A DNA stretch of 58,829 bases, counting the filler, from Diploschistes diacapsis (lineage: Eukaryota): NCBI GenBank assembly GCA_023645945.1. It is 4 parts of 4 records of this genome, joined end to end, with 100 filler letters (N's around TTAATTAATTAA, not from the genome) between each part and the next. Parts side by side here need not be neighbours in the genome. Positions count along the whole stretch, not along the records: positions 1 to 31,925 come from JALAIB010000110.1; 3 more parts are not named here. One strand, given 5' to 3'. The notes under the pieces are model-generated. The model was given only the letters and a program-made list of their open reading frames with translations, ran no database searches and was not told the DNA's origin. Position numbers and translations under genes: made by a program. This document shows positions 12,480 through 23,419 of the stretch, in pieces (position 1 is the stretch's first letter; the number at the start of each line of letters is the position of its first letter).

Positions 12480-13100
12480 TAGTTCGTTCCAGATTGTCAT
12501 AAAAGGATTGAAACCATTCTAGAACGGAAGGGATTCTGTTTTAAACGTTGGATATGACTCTCGATGAAGTATATACAAAGCAGGGCTCTTAAGAGACTGA
12601 GTCACAGGGAAAAGAAGTACATAGGAAGCCTAAAAAGGCCGCTAGAGTTGCACAAAAAACGGAACCAGTCCAACTAAAGAGGCAGATGGAATAGCAGAGA
12701 TGGTAAACTACTAGGTTGCTGCAACAGATGGAGGAGCAGAGGAAGGATAGCAAAGAGAAGGTAAGAGAGAGTGGAGCGCCAGATGCAATAATAACTGGAG
12801 CAGCGGAGTAAGGGTAGCAAAGAGAAAGAAGAAAGAATGGAGGGCCGAATGCAGCAGCAGATGGACAGCAGAGAAAGGACGGCATGCAAAAGTGTAACGG
12901 CAAAGGAAGATCATTTCGCTCCTCAAAGCATCGATGAGGTCCTAGTAACTAAGTAATGAATGAGGAAGGTTCTTTATACCATTAATCAAGCCTTCCATGA
13001 TGTCTTTTTAATGTTTGACTGTCATTAGTTTGCGTTGCTATGCAATTCTCAAAAATTGACCCTAGATTTCCGTTTTAGGCTTTTTTGACCCTTTCGTATG
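12480..13100 (+). mobile_element. Possible degenerate DNA-transposase remnant
   Basis: Stop-riddled, purine-rich E/K/R/Q coiled-coil-like coding relic resembling pogo transposase C-termini. No TIR was confirmed. Confidence 0.25.
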
Positions 13101-14528
13101 TACTTGTAGCTATTTAAAGCCTTATAAAGTCTAGCGTGGTAGTGAATAAATAGAGTTTTACGGGGTTATCCTAAAGCGTCAAGCGAGTACATACCTGCTC
13201 AAGCTATTCCTACCACAACGAGCTAATAAGAAAGATTATAAACGTGAAGTGAGCTCACATCTATGAATTCATGGCACTGCTTGCGAAGCAAACCATTTAT
13301 CGGCGAGCAGAAGAGGTATCTGTAATGCTTCGTCATCTGCAAAGTTAACGTAAGACTCCGGGAACGGCCAAAAGAACCTAGGCTTGAATAGGCATTAAGA
13401 AGCTTCAAAACATTTTGAAATAGTTCCTGCCTATCCGAGGGCCGTCAAAACGTCTCGAATTCACTGAGCATGGTCCGGTATATACATAGTCCTTTGGCAG
13501 ATAAGTATAACCTGGACGATCGCGAGACGGAAAAGCCCCTACTCGACGTAAAAAACTTCTAGGAAATGTTGCAGTGTTATCAAACAACAAATCTCTGCAT
13601 AAACAAGAGAGGTTGTAATTGGTGACCATTCTCTTAATTGCGTTGTACACAATGTCTCGACCCCCTGCCCTCTTGCTCTCCTCGCAATTAGACATAGCGA
13701 CGTTAAACTGTTCGTACAACCATAGCTCTTATGCTCCAAATTAAACTAAAAAGGACCAAATCTCGTAAGAAGCAACAACGCACGTAAGTGATGATCGCGA
13801 TGACTATGCGTCACAGCTCCAACCCCTGATTAGGAAAGAATATTCCTTCACGGTGGATGATCATCCGATTTTCTGCCTTCTATCGCATTTTATCGCCATT
13901 ACCAAGAAGATAAGACGTTTGAAAGGCTCTCGGACGGCTCAGAACTAACGCCGCGGAAGATACTTGAGTTAGGCGTCCGAGCTGAACTCAATTTCCCACA
14001 GTTACGTCCAGACCAGCAAAAGCACAGAGTCATCAGCCCATACCGCACCGCGCTTCAATATTCAAATTTTAACACCTGGTTGAAGCGGTCCGAGCTTTGT
14101 ATAGCTTCATCAATTTTTCTTAGGATATTCCCGCGGATTGAAACGCGCTCAACCCCACTCCTTGCGTTACATGAGAGGAGATGACACTAGAAAACGGTCT
14201 GGGCTATGAGTCTAACGTGACTGCTCTCACGATCTACCGGTAGTAGCTTATATGGATTCCTTCAAAGCTACTGTGCAGGAGCCTTTGCGAGAGGATCGAA
14301 TCCAAGATGGATAATGCAGAAGGGTTTTAAGCTCATTGCTCTCCAATCCTACCAAGACAAGAACCCCGATATAGGGCTATGTATTGCGCTTGTGTAACGA
14401 TACCCCACCAACATTTACCCAGTACTTACAGATAAGAAATCCCGTTGGCGATACTTTGGGAGCATGACAACGAACAGCAGCACGCCTGAACTCGATGAGC
14501 GGACGCGTTTCTGTCACATTTTCTGAAC

Positions 14529-16431
14529 ATGACACTCCTACCAATCACTGGGAATCTTCGCAATCGCTTCGTGGAGGTTTCAGTTCTTCTCTCCCAGCTC
14601 GACCCCGTACGAAGGGAGCCTACGACAAACGATGTAACGCCAGATCTTCCCATTGCTGATGGAAATTCCAGAGAATCTCTTCTAAAACGTACATTCCTCG
14701 ACGCGTTCGCCCTGATATGTGCTACCAAAAAGGATGGCGCGAGCGTCTCGGCCGTATGTTTAGAAGAGGGCTTGCCTAGAGGAACGATTGTCCGGGTTGC
14801 GAGTAATGCTGGCGTGCGCGAACCTGTTCTGTTCCAACTGCAAGCGATTATGGACATATTGAACCAAATTGGGAGTTCAGGTAGGCCTTTCATGTGGCCC
14901 CGTGACATGGCAAGCATGGCTGATTTTATCGACAGCCCTTGGGCCTCTTACCGGCGAAGCTGCTATCCTTCGGAAGATTGTTAGTCTTGACATAGCGATG
15001 ATCCGGCATTACCTGTTGAAGATCAGCTCCGCTAAGCAGCTCTCTCAAATAACTCTCAGGATCGTTGAAGCGCGTTTGCAAGAGTCGTTGGTATCAGCTA
15101 AGTCTACCATTACGCTCTCACAGAAGATTGAATTTCTGAAGTGGTTGGAGCATCTCTTTACGGTCAGGAATGCCCAAATCGACCTGGAACCGGATGCACT
15201 TACGTACAATATAAGGTGGGCACAGGACACCAAGCGCCATTTGAAGTTCATGAGTTGCGCGTTCCCTCAGATCGATCACGACCGCCCGCAGTGGATGTCG
15301 TCAATCTCAGAGCTGAGCCGCTACGGTGTCGCAGCCAAAGCCTTAGTAGGGCTCGCTGTTAATTTTCCTGAACTTTTCAACCCAATGACTGTACAGACTG
15401 TTGCAGGGTACTCGGCATTTCCGTTTGCAGTTTCTCAAGGCTCCCCGCTAAGGCGTGTTTTACGAAGAACTATTGGGGCTCGTGAAAAGGACTCTGTTGC
15501 TTGCCTTGGTAGAATCTGGAATACGGAAAGCCCAGAGGTGTTTTTTGCACAAGCGTGCTCTCTCGACCTGGTTGTTCACGCGGAAATGCAGCTGCTGGGT
15601 TTCTACGATAATCACCCAGAGTACAAACCAACAATTCGGTTTTTTGGAGTTAGCAAAGGATCGTGTTACCTTTGCAACAAGTTTCTTGCTGTTCATCCGA
15701 AGAATTTTAAGGTGTCTTCATGTCATCAAAAGCTCTTTCCAGGGTGGTCACCCCCAATCCCAGCAAATCCCGTTATTTACAGACTATACAAGAGTCTTGC
15801 GTCCAACCTGAGCACGACAATGGAGACTGCCGCGAAGCAAGAGCTCGAGAGTCGCCTAGATCAATCTCGGAGAGTGGCTCCTACTGAATCGACCTTCGGA
15901 CCATCCGTTTCGGCGTTGAAAGTACCCATAGTGGCTACAATGCGAACTCCACATCCCAGCCAGCCAGATCATTCCAGTAGTGATATGGCGGATGATACAG
16001 AACTAACAGCTGAATGTCCAATTGACCAGCCGACATCGTCTCCTGTCGAATCTGTGAATCACACTCAGCAACATGAAGGCTTCGCGGAAGTCGTAGGTGG
16101 TGTGAGTGACCCATATTTTCCAGATGAAAGTGGTCTTGCACAGATTGTGTTTCATTTCATGAGGGCCAACGATACGAGAAGACAGGATATAATCTGCATG
16201 AGGGAAGTCATCCACCCGTCAACTCACGGCCCTTTGTGGGTGAAGCTGATCGAGATTCTCAAAAAGGACGATGACTTTGGGATCGCTTTTGAGTGCCGTC
16301 GTGACTTCCTCATGATTAATGATAAAATACGCGTGGGCAACGAACGGCAATTTCTTGCCTGCTTACAATACCTATATAACATGAATACCTGGAGCTCTGA
16401 AGTTATTGTCTATAGTTCGCCGGCAGCGTAG
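14529..16431 (+). CDS. OTT_1508-like nucleic-acid/nucleotide deaminase family protein; 1 intron (~14881-14935)
   Basis: HAEMQLLGFY ... FGVSKGSCYLC (HxE and CxxC zinc deaminase motif with the family-typical SK). The N-terminal block FLDAFALIC...AVCLE...VRVASN is typical of fungal members. Confidence 0.8.
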
Positions 16432-16737
16432 TCGAATGGTGAAGACGACAGCTGGCAAAACCATTGTCGGCAGGCAGTGTGTACCGATGCTTGGACATAG
16501 TAATGAGAGATGAAAGTGCTACCTTACGACAGCGATTAAGACATCGCGGGCGGGTATTGACAGGTCTTCATACGGAGATTCTGTGAGAGTGTCTAAACAT
16601 GCCCTCGTTCACCAAACATGTTTGAGATTATCGATCTCAATCATTCCATGTTCTCTCATCTCCTTGAAATGTTCTTATCTACAAGTAGCGCTCCATCGCC
16701 TGATGTTTCTGCTCACCCACCATCATAGTCTCTCATC

Positions 16738-16780
16738 TCTCACTCCCTCACTCACTCACTCACTCACTCACTCACTCACA
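16738..16780. repeat. (CTCA)n microsatellite upstream of the secreted peptide gene
   Basis: Tandem ctcactcactca... directly visible. Confidence 0.85.
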
Positions 16781-16807
16781 CATACTCCATCTCTTCAAGA
16801 AACTCTC

Positions 16808-17083
16808 ATGATGAAGTTGTCCAGCATCGCCCTACTCATCTCGAGCGCTGCCCTCGCTATGGGCGCCGCTGTGCCCGATGCCGGTGCCGAGCCCGCGCCT
16901 GCCGCTCTCGTCGAGAAGGCCACTCGCAAACTCAATAACCCTGAGAAGCGAGGCGAATACATGTTCCAGAAGCGACAGTGTTACTGCGCTCCGTCCCACG
17001 GCTGGTGCTGCTACGTCTACATCCCAGGCGACCCCCCATCTGGAACTACGGATTGCGATCTCAACCCTACCTTGTGCCCGTAA
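16808..17083 (+). CDS. Small secreted Cys-rich peptide precursor (91 aa)
   Basis: Signal peptide MMKLSSIALLISSAALAMG, Ala/Pro-rich pro-region, two KR dibasic sites, a C-terminal 35-mer with 6 Cys, and strong GC3 codon bias. Confidence 0.82.
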   Translation: MMKLSSIALLISSAALAMGAAVPDAGAEPAPAALVEKATRKLNNPEKRGEYMFQKRQCYCAPSHGWCCYVYIPGDPPSGTTDCDLNPTLCP

Positions 17084-18284
17084 GGGACAACTTAGGTGAG
17101 CACAGCACCCCAGCCAGAATCCTCTGTCTAGGTAACCAGCTGATTGGACAGCAGCAGGCTGACCACAACCTACCAGCTATCTCTTTTTGGAAAGCCTTGT
17201 TAAAGAAAGCCCACGCTAGGCTACACGTAGTTATTTTAGGGAGGAGGAGGTTTTACATCGTTTCTCGAGTAGCCAGGGGCTTTGGCTACGAACATTGGAG
17301 CTGTGATGGGCTTCCAGCTTGCGGGACCATCTCGGCCAGTGTCAGCATATATCAAGTCTCGCGGTGGTCGTCCAGATGGATATGATTATGCAATACGGCC
17401 ACGGAGGAACCAATCTTGTCTAGCTCTCTACCATAGGCCTATTGCAGCAAACTTTGCATACATTCATTATTCCTAACTGCATGGCATTGTTGTTCGCATC
17501 GGGTTCTTTACCAAATCATGTGAATGAGTGCTGGGTACGAATCGGAAAGCAAGTCGGCGATGCCTCGTTATGCTTGAGTCCAGGTTCATTAATATATACA
17601 TAGGCTTGACGGTAGTGAAACTCGAAACTTCCGAGTTTATCAGCTCCACAGACTGCCAGTCTAGAGAAGTTCACGGCCTCGCCGTGAACATACTAGCGAA
17701 TGTCGCTACCGCAATAGAAACAATAAGACTATTGCAAGTTGATGCTTATTCCTCGGCCAGGTCCGTTGTAATTCTTAACCAGTGCCTCAAGTGCAAGCTC
17801 GCACTGTGTTGATATGACCAGCTGGGTCCTAGTTCATAATGGGGAGTCCAGCGTTTCACTTTGCTGTGCCTACCAAGCATCGCTTATGCACAAGTGGATT
17901 GTGGTTTCGATCGAGTATCCCGAATTTCTCGTCGTGTTGGTTTGATGGATCTTAAGCCATCGTGATTGTGGTTTGGCTATACGAAGGAATTTTGGTGGAG
18001 GATTTGTCGTCAGCAGGTCGTCTGCGTTGTAAAAGACTTATTCAGACCGTAATCTTGGCGTTAGAGAGATATTAATTACCGGAGAGACTTCCGAGCAGAA
18101 GAGTATAGTGAAAGCATGAAACAGATAGCTTCAGCTAGACTAATCTACTTTAAAAGGACCCCTCGGACCCTGGAATTTTCAGTGCCTTTGGCTTGGACAA
18201 GAATATCCGCAAAAGCCTCAGCGTCATAACACACTCACTGTCTTTCTAACAGACCCTCCGACAGTCCATCCGCCAGACACTACC

Positions 18285-19094
18285 ATGCCGTCCATTCTCC
18301 TCATCTCATTCCTGCTCCAGCTGGTTATACATCTTGTCAATACCGTCGGCGCAGTGGCGATCAATGATCTGGTACGTCCATCTCCCGCCGCTTCGCCGAA
18401 AACATCCCCGATGAGACCGCGAAACAACAAGAGCTAAGAGGTACATCTGACAGCTATGGATGCTTTACAACAAATTTCCCACTCCGACATCGTCTAGCGT
18501 TCAGCAACAACGAGAGCTGCGGCGGGAGATTGTACGGCTGAAGCAGGAGCTGAAGGCGACGAGCGCGCAGGACCAGTTCGCGAAATGGGCGAAGCTGCAG
18601 AGACAGCACGATAAAGTGGTTCAGGAGCATGACGCAAAGGGTACTTTTCATAGTTCTCTCCAGTTCTCTTGCCAAATCGAAAGACTATCGTTTTACCGAG
18701 TTCCATTCTCTAACGTGTGTTGTCCACAGCGCAATCAATGCAATCTTTCCGCTCCTCCTTCGACCGGGTCGCCTGGGCTCTGCGATGGCTGTCGACGAAT
18801 GGGATGGTATGGTTTCTACAATGGTGGTACGGAAAGCAGCCCATGTTCTGGCTGGAGAAGGCGTGGGTGCCGTACTACATCGAGTGGATTTTAAGTTTCC
18901 CGCGAGCGCCGTTGGGCAGCGTCAGCATACAGATCTGGACTATCGCGTGCGCGAGTGTGGTAAGGTTGCTCTCACAAGCATGCGTGAGCTGTTACGGGCT
19001 TTATTTGGAGGGGAAGGCTGGAACGAAGGAGAAGGTCAAGGTTCCGGCTGGTGCAGGCAAAGGAGAGAAGGGAGAGACAAAGAAGGAACTATGA
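18285..19094 (+). CDS. GET1: GET complex subunit Get1 (ER tail-anchored protein insertase); 2 introns (~18372-18453, 18641-18729)
   Basis: SAQDQFAKWAKLQRQHDK and WVPYYIEWILSFPRAPLGSVSIQIW signature segments, plus an N-terminal TM helix. Confidence 0.93.
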
Positions 19095-19619
19095 GTATGA
19101 CTGCGCACATACGGACACTTCTTACGATCAAGCTTTCATTTAGGTATAGAAGATCCCATATACCTCATCTTATTGACGCAAGATCCTTCATGGCTAGAGC
19201 TGAGATCCTGCAACACGAAGTGAGGAGCCTTGGCAGGCTACCTTTCTTCTAGGCATAAACATTTTGACTTCGAGTGACCATTGAGAAGAGATCGTTGAAG
19301 CTTCGATAGTGCCAATAATGATACTGTACCAATGCCAATTTCAAAGTGTGGCCTAAACGTACTGTAATGGTGCTGATGAACCAAAGGCTGCGCTTTAAGT
19401 TGAGCCGGTCACAGGATCAAAAGACAAGAATGTCAAACAAGGTGAGATACCAGAGCTTCCCAGAACATGGCATTGTTGCTGAAATGCACTGTGCACGCCA
19501 GGAGAAAATTGTAGAATACGTGTGACACTGTTTGGATGTTGAATTTTCCGATGGATTTGCGGCTCGGCTGGCTAAGCGAAAGCTCGCTCTATCCGCTTAG
19601 TCACCAAAAAGGTTTTCTA

Positions 19620-19819
19620 ACTTGTTCCACCACACAACGGAACACACCACAAAGCGGAACACTACATTATAATGTAATTGCGCTAGATCGAGCGCTTCCA
19701 TAGCTAAATCTGTTCTCAACTACACTACCCCGTTCTTCGGCCTTCAAGAAATACACTTTACGAAGGTGCAGGGATTGTGTTCCGCTTTGTGGTGTGTTCC
19801 GTTGTGTGGTGAAACACGT
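19620..19819. mobile_element. MITE, pogo/Fot1 type, copy 2
   Basis: Same TIRs as 469-665 (2 mismatches in the left TIR), TA on both sides, and homologous internal sequence. Confidence 0.92.
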
Positions 19820-19900
19820 TATTTGGTAACAATCCGCAGACCAACCAATTATACCAGATTGCTCTCTGTTCGCTTAAGCCTACATGACAATGATACCAAA

Positions 19901-20971
19901 ATGATCGACTTTCAATCACTCAAGGCGCTCCTCTTCACTCTCGCCCCCTTCGCCATTCCTTATGCCATCTCCTCCTTCCGCAAATATCAATCCTACTCCC
20001 GCAAATCCGCCCACACGCTACGGCCTGTGCCCCGCCGCACCGGTTGCGCGCTCAATATTCTCTTTGTCGCCTCCATCGCCTTCATAATAGCCTCCTTCTA
20101 TGCCTTCTCTTACGAAAACCTCATCACAGACACCGGGTCCCGCATACTAACGCCCTCGAATGTCCTGTGGGAACGCGTCGCCGCTGGACGGCCGGATAGG
20201 GCATTGACCGAGCTGGACGAGAAATTGAAAGCTAGATTGGCTTCGACGGATGGAAAATGTCTATACGTGATGTACGGACCAGAGACGGTTGGGAATTGCC
20301 CCTTTTGCAGCAGCGATGATCCAAGGAGCTTCTTCTACTACGCTGTACCGGAGATCTTCTTGCCCCATCTCCTCAACTTCGTTATACTGGGCTTAGTGAC
20401 ATCGGATACGGTAGCCGGGAAGGAAGGGAATCGGTTCAGGACCTTAGGCACAGTAATAGGGTGTGTGTTGGCGCTACTGGAGATTACGGCTTGGTATCAG
20501 TACGATTGGAAGGCGAATGCGAGGGTGACAAGGGCGAGTGACATGTTTCAGTTCTATGGTTGGGCAAGGCTCGTGAGGAGTTTGGGTTTTGCGGTGGTCG
20601 ACATGGGCTTTGCGGCGTTTCTGTGGGCGACGGCTACGAACCGATTGATGGTTGTGCCGCCGAATGCAGTGGACCGCGTAGACCAAGCGTTACGGCAAAT
20701 GGAGATGTCTGGAGGCAAAATCGCAGCAGCGGGAATTGTGAAGAATGCGGTCATTACGAACGAAGAATTGAGGAGGAGGACCGAAGAGTTTTTCAAATTC
20801 GATAGCGAGCGATGGACGGAAGTCATGGCGGACGAAGAGGTGGAAAGGAGTATCAGGCAAGCACAGTCTGAGGGGAGGTTGGATATGGGTAAGATAAAAG
20901 CAGAGGCAGAAAAGTATGTGGACAACCTGATACCTGCTGCAAACGCGGACATGCATAGAACTGTACCATAG
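19901..20971 (+). CDS. Uncharacterised multi-pass membrane protein of a type conserved in Pezizomycotina
   Basis: Intronless ~356-aa ORF from ATG 19901, several TM helices, YGPETVGNCPFC motif, C-terminal helical region. Confidence 0.75.
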   Translation: MIDFQSLKALLFTLAPFAIPYAISSFRKYQSYSRKSAHTLRPVPRRTGCALNILFVASIAFIIASFYAFSYENLITDTGSRILTPSNVLWERVAAGRPDRALTELDEKLKARLASTDGKCLYVMYGPETVGNCPFCSSDDPRSFFYYAVPEIFLPHLLNFVILGLVTSDTVAGKEGNRFRTLGTVIGCVLALLEITAWYQYDWKANARVTRASDMFQFYGWARLVRSLGFAVVDMGFAAFLWATATNRLMVVPPNAVDRVDQALRQMEMSGGKIAAAGIVKNAVITNEELRRRTEEFFKFDSERWTEVMADEEVERSIRQAQSEGRLDMGKIKAEAEKYVDNLIPAANADMHRTVP

Positions 20972-21481
20972 TAACTCAGAGCAGATATTCAAGGAAGGTT
21001 TCCTTAATGCGTAAGTGATGATGTTTGGATTATATAAAACCTGATGATCCTAAGTATCCATAAGAAGTACACAATACTACTCCATGACGTTTTGGAGTGC
21101 TTCACCTACCTCTGTATATGGACTATTGTCCTTTGCGCGCCATCATATCTTGCCACAGGGATAACGTTCAGGATGTTTTAAGCTTTAAATGTACAATTGG
21201 CTATCGTACCTGAAGAAACCCAGCGAACGTTTGGACTGTTGCCCCGACATCCGAATTCACCCCACCAACATGTATGCTGTATGTCAACCCGCATCCATCC
21301 GGACGTGTCATCGTGACCTTTCGAAAGCCACGAGTAAAAATAGCACAAGGTTGAATCATACTGCCCGTAAGGCAGAACTTGCTATAGACCTGGTCTCTTC
21401 TTCCTCTCCCACACTCTCGCCCCAATGCACTTACGAATCTCCGACGACGACGATAACAACAACAACAATACTGATAACGGC

Positions 21482-22655
21482 ATGGCAGCACAAGAGTATT
21501 ACAACCCGAATTATCCCATGCACAGCACGAACTATGCTCCGCAGTCTTCACTGACTCCGCAACCGCCACCATATGCGCCCTTGGATCCTAATCCAAGATT
21601 CGGCAACAACTATAGCAATCAGCCTGCGTCGCCTCGTCCTCCAAACCTTCAGGGAGGATCTCCGCCAGCTAAGCACGAGCATCATTTCAATCCGTCCTTA
21701 CAGCCTTTACCTCCGCAATCGCCGCAATCAGGAAGGCAAGAGTATCCTGGCGGTTATTTCCATAACAATCGCAGCCAAGCTGCGCAAGCACAGCCTTACC
21801 CTCTGCCCCAGGGTCCTCCAACGCCTCAGCAATACCATCAACCTCCAGGACCTCCCCAGCAGTCGTACGTTGGACCACAATCGCCACCCCTTTCTAATCA
21901 GACGCATTCTCCGCCAGGCTATAGCAATAACCAATATCCACCACAACCGGGACAACAGTATCCGAACGGCGACTACGGCAAGCACCAGCCCCAACATTAC
22001 CAACCACAGTCACCAGGCCAGTTGAGACAGCAATACCCTTGTCCGCCGGCAGCACCTCAGCAGTCCTACAGTAACCCAAACATAACAGGCCCTTACGCGC
22101 AAGCGCCTGTTGTGCTTTATCCCGGACAAGGACAACCAGAACCTCAACAGGGCCAAGTATGTACTCGATTAGCTTGCTTCATGGCCTTTCATTTGAATCC
22201 TGCTGATATTCTAATAGTATCGGCCTGGTCCTCAAAGCCCGTACCCACCAGTACCGCACTACGTAAACAATTTATATCCCAACGACGCCTACCAAAACCA
22301 CAATATACGGCAACAACATCAGCAACACAGACCGCACAGCCGGCAGCATAGGCACGACGATAGCGACGACTCTCGCTCAGATTCGGATACCGAACGGCGC
22401 CGGCGCCGGCACGAGCGACAGCATCGGCGGACAAGCGATAATCCCTCGAAGCCCAAAGAAAAATCTTCAAAGCACAAAGACAGATTCCTAGGCGCAAGTG
22501 CTGGGGCCTTGCTTGGGGATCTACTCATCGCACCGGGCGTGGGGACGGCGGCCGGTGCCCTATTAGGTGGGCTTTCCGGTGATGCTTACAGCAAGAAGAA
22601 AGAAAAAGGCTCGGATGGCAAGGACCGGTATAGGAGTCGGAGTCGGAATCGATGA
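21482..22655 (+). CDS. Pro/Gln/Tyr-rich low-complexity protein with C-terminal glycine-zipper; 1 intron (~22157-22217)
   Basis: A GTATGT...CTAATAG intron joins the PQY-rich ORF to a His/Arg-rich tail ending FLGASAGALLGDLLIAPGVGTAAGALLGG. Confidence 0.7.
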
Positions 22656-23419
22656 GCTTGCTTGATGACTTTGTTGTACGATTGGCTGTTATTGATATAT
22701 GACATTGGCTTCATGTCCTTTTAAATGTCGCATATTTTTCAAGTTATTCCATTATGGTCTATGAATGAACGACCAGAGTTGTTGTTGAATGGACGTTTTC
22801 CGCGGACCATGGTATTCTTTGCTTTTCCTTGCTTTATCTAGTACCGCGAACAGACCCTTGATAACAGCGTTACTACTTTTCAGCAAAAGCCTTTTGGAAA
22901 CGTCTGAAAGTTTGAAGCGGTTTCTGGGGCGGTTTTTTGGAGCACATTGATTCACAGTTATCTTTGCCTGAAGTGAATATCTTTATGGTGTACCTTTTTT
23001 GCGGGCTGAAGGAAAATATGTCCTCGATTTCAAAGACAAAGGTCTTGTCACACCGAACAATACGCTTTCTTTAGAGATTGCTTCGACACTATCAGCCCGA
23101 TAAGAGATTTGTCTGCACTATAATATAATTTTCTTTTCAAAAAATATACCGCAAGGTGGACAAGGAGATTTATCTGATTAGTCATCAACATTGTAGTCGA
23201 GGATCACCTATCAGGTATCTGGAAGATGCTGCCGGACCTGGCCCGCGCTTCAATACATCGTCATGGACAACACCTGGTCGGTAAAGGTTCATTTTTGCCG
23301 TGCTAATTGCGAGTGCATAGTTCGGCTAGGCTTTGCCTATATGTGCGCGTTCTTATAGTTGAGAAACGTGCTTTGTTCATTTCTTGTTCATACCCTGATT
23401 TCTTCCTATTTACTTTCCT

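Noticed and set aside
19766..19900. N-terminal extension of the 401-aa ORF
   Set aside because: It starts at a GTG inside the MITE. The likely real start is ATG 19901.
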